From Thermoanaerobaculia bacterium (GTDB lineage Bacteria > Acidobacteriota > Thermoanaerobaculia > Multivoradales > UBA5704), in the NCBI GenBank assembly GCA_044226625.1, contig JBGAGQ010000087.1, positions 1-20,253 of the forward strand: a DNA stretch of 20,253 nucleotides, in the 5' to 3' direction. The notes under the pieces were generated by a model, which was given only the letters and a program-made list of their open reading frames with translations, was not told where the DNA came from and ran no database searches. Position numbers and translations under genes: made by a program. Within the stretch, counting starts at the first letter, position 1. Each line of letters starts with the position of its first letter. Below, in pieces: positions 12,601-20,253 of this stretch.

Positions 12601-15600
12601 GCCGCGGATCTTCACCTGATGATCGAGCCGCCCGAGATATTCGATCTCGCCGGTCGGGAGCAGACGCGCGAGGTCGCCGGTGCGGTAGAGCCGCGCCCCC
12701 GGCTCGCCAGAGACCGGATCGGGCACGAAGCGCTCCGCCGTGAGGTCGGGCCGGTAGAGGTAACCGCGCGCGAGCTGCACGCCGCCCAGGAGCAGCTCTC
12801 CGCCGACGCCGAGCGGAGCCGGCATGAAAGCGCGGTCGAGGACGAACGTCCGCACGTTCGAGATCGGCCGGCCGATCGGAACGATCCGCCGCTCGCCGGC
12901 TTCGACCCCGTTCGGGACCGGATACCAGGTGACGTCGACGGCCGCTTCGGTCGGGCCGTAAAGGTTGTGCAGCCGCACGCCGTACGGCCGACCCAGCCGC
13001 TCGGCGAAACGCCGCGCGAGATCGGGCGGCAGCGCCTCGCCGCTCGCGATCACCCGTCGCAGCCCGGCCGCGCGCTCGAGGCCCGGCGCTTCGAGGAAGA
13101 TCTGGAGCATCGACGGCACGAAGTGGAGCGTCGTCACCCTCTCGCGCTCGATCAGGTCGAGCAGATAGGCGGGGTCCTGATGCCCGGCCGGGCGCGCGAC
13201 GACCAACCGCGCTCCGACCTGCAAGGGCCAGAAGAACTCCCAGACCGAGACGTCGAACGAGAACGGCGTCTTCTGGAGCACCACGTCGTCGGCACCGAGT
13301 GGGAACGCCTCCTGCATCCAGCGCAGGCGGTTCGCGATCGCGCGGTGGGCGTTGATCGCTCCCTTCGGACGGCCGGTCGAGCCCGACGTGAAGATCGCGT
13401 AGGCAGCCGAGAGGTCCGAAGCGGGCGCAACGCTCGATTCGACGTCGCCCGGAGCGTCGCTCTCGCCGCCGTCGAGCGGCACGAGGCGGGTCGAGGCGGG
13501 CACGAGCGCCGCCAACTGCTCCATCCGGTCGGCGTCAGCGCCCCCGGGGCCTCCGGCGATCCCCGCCAGCACGACGGGAAGCCGCGCGTCGGCGATCATG
13601 AAGCGCAGGCGCTCCTCGGGGTAGGACGGATCGAGCGGCACGTAAGCCGCTCCGGCGATCTCGATCGCGACGAGGGCGATCACCATCTCGAACGACCGTT
13701 CGGCGAGCACGCCGACCAGGTCGTCCGTGCCGACGCCGAGCGCGGCCAGACGCCGCGCGAGCGCGCGTGCCCGACGGTCGAGATCGCGGTAGCTCAGGGT
13801 CTCGGATTCGAACGTAAGCGCGGGCGCCTCGGGTGTGGCGCGGACCTGGACGGCGATCTGGTCGGCGAGCCGCTCGCCCACCTCTCGCGGCAACTCCGTG
13901 TCGTTCCACTCGACGACCGACTGGTGCGCCTCGGCGGGGCGGAGCATCGGCAGGCGGTCGAGCCGCGCTTCCGGCGCGGCGACCGCCGCTTCGAGCAGCG
14001 CCTCGAAATGGCCGACGAGCCGCTCGGCGGTCGCTCCGTCGAACAGGGCGGTGGCGTAGCGCAGCGATCCCGTGAGCTGGCCGTCCCGCTCCTCCAGGGC
14101 GAGGTGGAGGTCGAACTGCACGGTGCTCTCGTCGAACGCCGCGGCGTAGACCGCAAGCCCCGGCAGCTCGAGGGTCTCCTGCGGCGTGTTCTGGAGCACC
14201 AGCGCGACCTGGAACAACGGGTTGAACGCGAGCGAGCGCTCGACGCCCAGGGCGTCGACCAACCGCTCGAACGGCAGCTCCTGGTGGCCGTACGCGGCGA
14301 GCGAACGGCGGCGCACCTGCTCGAGCAGCTCGGCGAACGTGGCCGGCCCCTCGACCCGCGTCCGCAGCACGAGCGTGTTGACGAACAGGCCGATGATCGG
14401 CTCGGTCTCGGGAAGCGTCCGGCCGGCGATCGGCGTGCCGACCGCCACGTCGCCCTGGTTCGACCAACGCGAGAGGACCGTGGCGAAGCCCGCGAGCAGC
14501 GCCATGTAGAGCGTCGCCCCCCGCTCGCGCGCGAGCGGCTCGAGCGCCGCGGTGAGCGCGCGCGGCAGCCGCACCTGACGGATGCCGCCGTGATAGCTCT
14601 GGACCGGCGGTCGCGGGCGGTCCGCGGCGATTTCGAGCACGGCGGGGAGGCCCGACAGCTCGGCGCGCCAGAAATCGATCTGCCTTTCGAGCGTCTCGCC
14701 CGAGAGCCAGCCGCGCTGCCAGACCGCGTAGTCGGCGTATTGGATCGGCAGCGGCGGAAACTCCGGCTCTTCGCCCCCGACGAAAGCCGCGTACCCTGCG
14801 GCGATCTCGCGCACCAGGATGCCCATCGACCAGCCGTCGGAGGCGATGTGGTGCATCGCAAACAGCGCCCGGTGCTCGCGCTCGGCGAGCTTGACCAACG
14901 CGGCGCGCACCACCGGCCCGCGCGCGAGGTCGAACGGCCGCGACAGCTCCGCGTTCGCGATCCGGCGCGCCTCCATGGCGCGCGCGTTCGGCGACTCCGC
15001 GGATCCCATCGCGGAGAGATCGACGAGCGGGATCGCGACGGCCAGCCCTGAAGATGCGGGTTCCACCTTCTGCACCGGCAGGCCGTCGACCTCACCGTAA
15101 GTCGTCCTCAGGGCCTCGTGACGGGCGACCACGGCGGCGAGGCTCGCCGAAAGCGCGGGGACCGACAGCTCGCCCGCGAGCGTGAGCGTCGTGGGGATGA
15201 CGTAGGCGGCGTTACCCGGCTCCAGCCGATCGAGGAACCAGAGGCGCTCCTGGGCGAACGAGAGCGGGGGCTCGACGTCCGCCGACCGCCGCGCGAGCGG
15301 AATCCGTTCGTCGACGTAGGCGCGGCCGAGCGACCGGTCGAGCCACGGCGCGAGCTCGGCCGGGGTGGACAGGCGGAACAGCTCGGCCAGCTCCAGATCG
15401 ACGCCGAACGTCCGGCGTAAGCGCGAGACCGCCTGGGTCGCGAGCAGCGAATGGCCGCCGAGGTCGAAGAAGCTGTCGAACGCGCCGACCCTCGGCACCG
15501 AGAGAACCTCGGCGAAAACGTCGGCGATCATCTCCTCGACCGGCGTGCGGGGTGCGACGTAAGCCCCCGTCTCGGCGCGCCGCGCGACGAGACGCCCGCC

Positions 15601-18600
15601 GTCGGCCGTGGCGGGCATCTGCGGCATCTGCGGCATCTGCGCATTGAGCGCGCGGGCGAGCGCCGACCCGGCCCGCGTCCCGGTCCGCTCGTAACCCCGG
15701 ACCGCGGCGCGCTCGTCGAAGCGCCCGAGAAGCTCCAGCCCGCCGTCCGCACCAAAGCGCGCAAGCTCGCCGGTCCGGTAGACCCGGCTATTTTCCGTGC
15801 CGCCATCGGGGAGGAATCGGAAGGCGCTCCGCTCGACACCCGCTTCGAGGCCGAAGCCCTTGTCGGCAGGGGCCGAGAGCCACAGCTCGGCCGCGACACC
15901 GATCCGTGTCGGCCGGCCCTCCGCGTCGAGCACGTAGGCGCGCGTGCCGGGAGCGGGCGCGATCTCGGTCGCGCCGAGGCGAAGCGGCGACGGCAACGCG
16001 CGCGGATCGACCGCGCTCCATTCGACCGCGAGCTGCTGGCGCTCGGCGGGCGAGAGCAGGAGCGCCCGCTCGTGGCGCGCCTCGGGATCGCCCGCCATCT
16101 CGAGCAGGATGCGCAGGTAGAGGTCGTAGATCGCCTGCCCCTCGGCGCGCGGGATCTCGTTGCGGTCGTGCGCGAGGTCGAGGCTCAGGTCGTCGGTGAG
16201 CGGGTTCTGGACGAAGCCGATCGACAGCGTGAAGTTCGTCTCCTCGGACTTCTTGAAACCGCGCACCTGGATCTCGCCCGCGGTGAGGATCTCGCTCACG
16301 ACGTGGAAGTGCGTGAAGTTGAACAGCACCTCGAACAGCGGTCGGTCGCCGAAATCGCGCTGCAGCTCGGCGAGCGGGAAACGGCGGTGGACCATCATCT
16401 CCGCCTCGGCGGCGAAGACACGCGAGATCAGCTCGCGCCAACTGCCCGGCTCGATCTGGAACCGGAACGGCATCGTGTTCAGGAACAGGCCGCGCGTCTC
16501 GTCCGACCGAGCGATCTCGGGGCGCCCATGCGTCACCACGCCGGAAAGCAGATCCGTGGCCGCGGTGAGGACCGAGAGCATCTTGAGGTGCGCGGCGAGG
16601 CAGACGGTCCTGAGCGGCACGCCCGAGAGCGTGGCGAGCCGTTTCAAAGCGTCCGAGAGCCCCGGCGGGAAGAGCGGCGCGATCGCCTCGACGCGCGGGC
16701 CGACGCGCACCTCGGGCTTCGGCCAGCGCGGCACCAGGAGGAGCGGCGCGTCGTCGAGCTGCCCTTCCCAGTAGGCGCGCGCGGTAGCGCTCGCCGCCGC
16801 CTCGCGTTCGAGCGCCACGAACTCGCGGTAAGGAACGGGCGGCGGCGGCTCGACCTCCGGATGCCTCCCCGCGGCGAGCGCGGAGTAAAGCGAGAACATC
16901 TCCGTCAGGGTGGAATGCAGGCTCCAGCCGTCCAGGATCGCGTGGTTCTCGGTGAGCGTCAGTTGGAAGGACTCCGCCCCGCGCAGGTGAACGAACATGC
17001 GCAGTTGCGGCGCTCTCCGGAGGTCGAAATGCCGGTGCTTCTCGCTCTCGACGAAGCGGTCGATCTCCGCTTCCTGGGCGTCGAACGGGAGCAGCCGCAG
17101 GTCCGCCACGCCGATCGGCAGGCGCACCGAGTCGGGACGATGGACGACCTGGATCGGCTCGGAGAACGCGGCGAACTCGAACGACGTGCGGAGCACCGCG
17201 TGGCGCGCGAGCGTCCGACCGACCGCCTCGCGAAACGCCGCGGCGGCGAACGGCGCGCCGTAGAGGTAGATGCTGTTGACGTTGTGGTACGCGGCGTCGG
17301 CCGACATCCGCTCCATGTGGTAGAGCATGCCCGCCTGCATCCGCGCGAGCGGATAGGCGTCTTCGAGGTCGTCGAACGCGCGATCGACCCTCTCCCGGTC
17401 GACCGGCGAAAGCAGCGAGAACGGTGTGCTCTTGAGGCCCTGGACCACGGCGACAGCCGGACCGGCGAGGTCGAGGCTGGCCGCCAGCTCGGCGATGGTC
17501 GGATGTTGGAAGAGCTGCGGAATCGACACCTCGATGCCGCGGTTGCGCGCGTGGGCGATCAGCTGGATGCTGCGGATCGAATCGCCGCCGAGCGCGAAGT
17601 AGTTGTCGGTCACCCCGACCCGCTCGAGGTCGAGCACCTGGCACCAGATGTCGGCGAGCGTCCGCTCGGCCTCGGTGCGCGGCGCGACATAGCCGCCGCC
17701 GAGGTCGGGGCGGCTTGCCTCCGGCGCGGGCAGCGCACGGCGGTCGACCTTGCCGTGCTCGGTGAGCGGAATCCGGTCGAGCAACATGAACACGGCCGGA
17801 ACCTCGTGCTCGGGAAGCCGGCCGGAGAGGTGCGCCCGCAGATCCGAGACCGTGGGGGCGCTCTCGGCGCCCTTCGGGACGACGTAGGCAACCAGGCGGA
17901 CGCCGCCCCCCACGTCGTCGGCGCGCGCGAGCACCACCGACTCGGCGACCCGCGGATGGGTGTCGAGCGCCGCCTCGATCTCCCCCAGCTCGATGCGGAA
18001 GCCGCGGATCTTCACCTGGTGGTCGATCCGGCCGAGGTACTCGACGTCGCCGTTCGGCAGGAGGCGCGCGAGGTCACCCGAACGGTAGAGGCGCGCGCCC
18101 GACTCCGGGGCGAACGGATCGGGGACGAAGCGCTCGGCCGAGAGCGCAGGCCGGTTCAGGTACCCGCGGGCGACGCCCGCGCCGCCCACGAACAGCTCGG
18201 CCGGAGCCATCAGCGGCGCGGGCTGAAGGTAGGCATCGAGTAGGAACAGCGAGAGGTCGGGAATAGGCCCGCCGATCACGCTGCCCGACGCCTGCTTGAG
18301 GTCGACGGCGGCGATCGGCCGATAGGTCACGTGTACGGTCGTCTCGGTGATGCCGTACATGTTGATCAGGCGCGGCCCTCGGCCCGAGGAATCCGCCGTG
18401 CCGTCGCCGTAACGCTCGAACCAGGGGGCGAGGCTCTGCAGCTCCAGCGCCTCGCCGCCGAAGATCACCGCTCTCAAGGGCAGCTTCGGCCCCGGCGCCT
18501 CGGCGTCGGCGCGGATGAGCTGCCGGAACGCCGAAGGCGTCTGCGACAGCACGCTCACCTTCTCCCTCTTGAGCAGCGCGCGGAACGCTTCGGGCGTCCG

Positions 18601-20253
18601 GCTCACCAGGTACGGGACGACCACCAGGCGCCCACCGTAGAGGAGCGCGCCCCAGATCTCCCAGACCGAGAAGTCGAACGCGAACGAGTGGAACAGCGTC
18701 CAGACGTCCTTCGCTCCGAAGCCAAACCAATCGTCGGTCGCGAGGAACAGACGCATCGCCGCCGCGTGGGAGACCACCACGCCCTTCGGCTGGCCGGTCG
18801 AGCCCGAGGTGTAGATCACGTAGGCGGCGTTTTCCGGCCCCGCGCCGGTTCCGCCCTTGGGAGCTCGGCGTGCTCCCGCGTGCGGTGCCTCGTCCAGGCG
18901 GAGGATCGGAAGGTCGCTGCCGAGCAGCTCGGCGGGCAGCTTCTCTTCGAGGCCCCGATGCGTGACGAGCACCGTGGCGCCGCTGTCCCGGAGCAGGAAT
19001 TCGAGGCGCGAGGCGGGATACGCCGGGTCCATCGGCACGTAGCAACCGCCCGCCTTGAGCACGCCGAGAATCGCGACCGGAATGTCGGCCGATCGTTCGA
19101 GCAGGAGCCCGACGCGCGATTCGACTCCGACGCCGAGCGCTGCGAGCCTCCGGGCGAGGGCATCCGACAACTGATCGAGCTTCGCGTAGGACAGCCGCAT
19201 CGGCGTTTCGCCGTTGGCCGGATCGACCACCGCGGTCGCCCGCGGCGTCGCCCGGGCGTGCGCGGTGAAGCGCTCGTGGAGCGTCTGCTCGACCGCGTGC
19301 TCGCGGCGATTCGCGGTGCGGATCGCCTGCGCTTCCTCGCTCGGGCTCAGGTAGGAGAGCGCGGCGTGATGCGCAAACGGATCGGCCGCCATCGCCTCCA
19401 CCACCCTGCGGTAGTAGTGGTGCATCCGCTCGACCTGCTCGGTTGCGAGGTAGGGGTCGTTCTTCTCGAGCGTCAGACTCACCATCGCTTCCGAGATCGG
19501 ATCGCGCGAGAACGTCGCGGCGAGCGGGAAGTGGGTGACCGAAAGGTCGCTGTGTCCTCCCTGGCCGGAGACCGCGACCGAGCCCGTGCCGAGCACGCCG
19601 TGGACCGCGTGGAAATGGAGGTAGCTGAACGCCGACTCGAACAGCACCTGGCCGCCGCGCAAGCGCTGGATCGCGACCAGCGGATAGCGGCGATAAGGAA
19701 TCAGCTCGAGCTCGCTCGCGAACGTGCGCTTCACCAGATCGACCCAGGAGCCCGAGCCGAGCTCGAGCCGGAACGGCAGCGTGTTCAGGAACAGGCCGCG
19801 CACGTCGTCGCCGTCGGCCTCTTCCTGGCGCCCGTGAGTGGTGAGCCCGGTCACCACGTCGGAGCGGCCGTTCACCCGGCCCATCACCTTCAGGTGGGCG
19901 GCGAGCAGCGTGCTCTTGAGCGGTGCGCCGGCCTCGGCCGCCAATCGCTCCAGCCCTTCGACAATACGTAGGTCGTAATGCTCGGTCGGCTTGTGATCGG
20001 TTCCCGGCGGGTCGACGTGCGGGCCCCCCGGCCAGCGCGGTAGCCGCTCGACGTCGAGCGCGTCGAGCTTGCCGCGCCAGAAAGCCTGCGCCTCGGGCGA
20101 GGCGAGGATCTTCCGTTCGAGGAAGACGAAGTCGCGATAGGTGGTGCCGAGCGGCGGCCGTTCCGGCGGCGCCTCGCCGCGGACGATCGCGAGATAGTTC
20201 TCGAAGATCTCCGACAGCGTCGACATCGTGCTCCAGCCGTCCGAGATCGCGTG
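1..20253 (-). CDS. Giant multimodular NRPS, partial at both ends (>6751 aa; six carrier domains in the window)
   Basis: NRPS core motifs translate in one minus-strand frame from end to end: HAISDGWS at 20230-20253, five YxxY/FTSGSTGxPKG A3 loops, six GG(D/H)S carrier motifs and the Cy motif FPLTDLQQAYWIG at 622-660. I found no stop in the stretches I translated, and the ORF track lists no minus-strand ORF ending in this frame. The long plus-strand ORFs are in exact antisense codon register. Confidence 0.97.
748..963 (-). other. T domain
   Basis: DDFFALGGHSLLATRL; Ser codon at 856-858. Confidence 0.95.
1006..2556 (-). other. Adenylation domain, Thr-type (canonical code DFWNIGMVHK)
   Basis: AYVIYTSGSTGRPKG, FHSFAFDFSVWEIWG, VTVLNQTPSAF, VIFGGE, NMYGITETTVHVT, LPLGPTGKLDR. 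Confidence 0.93.
2680..3981 (-). other. Condensation domain 6, LCL type with HHxxxDL variant
   Basis: PLSFAQQRLWFLEQM, RHEVLRT, MHHIATDLWS (HHIATDLWS at 3544-3570), QYADFAAWQR, IGLFVNT. Confidence 0.92.
4051..4272 (-). other. T domain
   Basis: DGFFDLGGHSLMATQVISRL; Ser codon at 4162-4164. Confidence 0.95.
4309..5835 (-). other. Adenylation domain, Pro/cyclic imino acid type (code read as DVQLDAQVVK)
   Basis: AYVLYTSGSTGRPKG, NLIAWQ, QFASLSFDVSCQELF, ERVLLPFVALQQLAE, EIDTAGEQL, HNQYGPTEAHVVS, TPSGKVDR. Confidence 0.8.
5950..7230 (-). other. Condensation domain 5, DCL type
   Basis: EDLYPLSPLQQGLLFH, RHPIFRTGF, WIHHHLVVDGWS (6796-6831), GRPPEL..MVGMFINT, LFESVLVFENYP; directly follows the E domain. 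Confidence 0.93.
7321..8745 (-). other. Epimerization (E) domain
   Basis: LAPIARWFF, WNQSVLL, HHLVIDGVSW (8305-8334), LPPKTTS, DLEAHGRE, DLSRTVGWFT, KETLRAIPERGFGF, SFNYLGQ, followed by PSDFPLA. Confidence 0.95.
8788..8997 (-). other. T domain, epimerase-associated GGDSI type
   Basis: DNFFELGGDSILSIQI; Ser codon at 8890-8892. Confidence 0.95.
9040..10620 (-). other. Adenylation domain, Cys-type (code read as DLYDFSLIWK)
   Basis: AYVIFTSGSTGTPKG, SLCFDLSVYDVFG, ITFWDSAPAAL, VFLSGDWIP, ALGGATEAAIWSN, SIPYGRP. SGDWIP and LGGATE..IWS are Cys A-domain hallmarks. Confidence 0.82.
10732..12009 (-). other. Condensation domain 4, LCL type
   Basis: PLSFQQQRLWFLDQL, RHDVLRT, AHHNVSDGWS (HHNVSDG at 11593-11613), QYADYAVWQR, IGYFVNT. 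Confidence 0.92.
12070..12288 (-). other. T domain
   Basis: ADFFALGGHSLLAARL; Ser codon at 12184-12186. Confidence 0.95.
12331..13881 (-). other. Adenylation domain, Ser-type (code read as DVWHISLVDK)
   Basis: AYAIFTSGSTGRPKG, NRLRWMQ, LQKTPFSFDVSVWEFFWPL, TTLHFVPSML, VIASGE, NLYGPTEAAVDVT, SPNGKVDR. Confidence 0.92.
13981..15270 (-). other. Condensation domain 3, LCL type
   Basis: PLSFAQERLWFLDRL, RHEALRT, MHHIASDGWS (HHIASDG at 14833-14853), QYADYAVWQR, IGLFVNT. Confidence 0.93.
15337..15552 (-). other. T domain of the A-less module
   Basis: DSFFDLGGHSLLATQAVSRL; Ser codon at 15448-15450. Confidence 0.95.
15571..16020 (-). other. Truncated pseudo-adenylation domain (A*), about 150 aa
   Basis: After the C-A linker (LLSPAERQQLAVEW) the chain jumps directly to AYVLDAEGRPTRIGVAAELWL (A6 remnant), YRTGELARF (A7, D->E) and LELLGRFDERAAVRGY (decayed A8). 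There is no A1-A5, no TSGSTG loop and no A10 Lys. Confidence 0.9.
15614..15640. repeat. 9-bp tandem repeat (GGCATCTGC)x3, encoding QMPQMPQMP on the minus strand
   Basis: ggcatctgc occurs at 15614-15622, 15623-15631 and 15632-15640. Confidence 0.9.
16081..17364 (-). other. Condensation domain 2, dehydrating CmodAA type, active site TENHAILDGWS
   Basis: PFSLL linker then EDAYPLARMQAGMLYH, RHAVLRTSFEFAAFSEPIQVVH, LTLTENHAILDGWS (ENHAILDGWS at 16921-16950), CLAAHLKML, THGRPE, RGLFLNTMPFR, HRRFPLAELQR, FNFTHFHV, EETNFTL. Confidence 0.88.
17473..17682 (-). other. Peptidyl carrier (T) domain, GGDSI type
   Basis: DNYFALGGDSIRSIQL; phosphopantetheine Ser codon at 17578-17580. Confidence 0.95.
17722..19290 (-). 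other. Adenylation domain, Thr-type (code read as DFWSIGMVHK)
   Basis: LSYAKL, AYVIYTSGSTGQPKG, FHSFAFDFSVWEIWG, VSVLSQTPSAF, VIFGGE, NMYGITETTVHVT, PLTEHGKVDR. Confidence 0.9.
19378..20253 (-). other. Condensation domain 1 (N-terminal part outside window), dehydrating/modified-amino-acid (CmodAA) type
   Basis: HAISDGWS, YRDFVFLER, LKSTLLAAHLKV, TGLTTHGRQE, RGLFLNTLPFR, PYRRYPLVAIQR, FESAFSYLHFH, THFPL. These match the McyA/NdaA/AmbE/BlmVI-type clade rather than LCL. Confidence 0.8.

Noticed and set aside
15571-16020. Pseudogene or gene boundary at the truncated A domain
   Set aside because: Hand translation shows no stop or frameshift, and the flanking C and T domains are intact and in frame.
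1247-18027. Dispersed 30-50 bp repeat tcgatctcccccagctcgatgcggaagccgcg at about 1247, 9305, 12575 and 17975
   Set aside because: It encodes the conserved A8 motif RGFRIELGEIE of each A domain. It is not a CRISPR repeat or mobile element end.
441-19163. Minus-strand ORFs in the track (e.g. 5519-8308, 8366-10663, 15788-17644)
   Set aside because: They lie in the two other frames of the NRPS strand and translate to Arg/Gly/Pro/Ala low-complexity sequence. The true frame carries all the motifs.
1-20253. Assigning a gene symbol, known compound or host taxon; also promoters, terminators and RNA genes
   Set aside because: The module order matches no cluster I can identify, and high GC alone does not fix the taxon. 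The window has no intergenic DNA to support regulatory or RNA features.

Overview
The whole window is the interior of one giant, very GC-rich nonribosomal peptide synthetase (NRPS) gene on the minus strand. It reads from 20253 down to 1 in a single frame (6751 codons), with no start or stop inside the window. The ORF track misses it because it is open at both ends, and the listed ORFs are antisense or off-frame shadows of it. Hand translation gives this N->C order: [partial dehydrating-type C]-A(Thr)-T | dehydrating-type C-truncated pseudo-A-T | LCL C-A(Ser)-T | LCL C-A(Cys-like)-T-E | DCL C-A(Pro-like)-T | LCL C-A(Thr)-T | [partial, degenerate Cy]. The inferred product segment is (dehydro residue?)-Dhb-X-Ser-D-Cys-Pro*-Thr-(azoline?). 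The unusual elements are two consecutive CmodAA-type condensation domains, a roughly 150-aa pseudo-A domain before an intact carrier, an uncyclised epimerised Cys, a Pro-type pocket carrying an Asp, and a Cy domain with SxxxxD instead of DxxxxD. Domain boundaries are approximate and substrate calls are manual 10-residue code readings, not database results.
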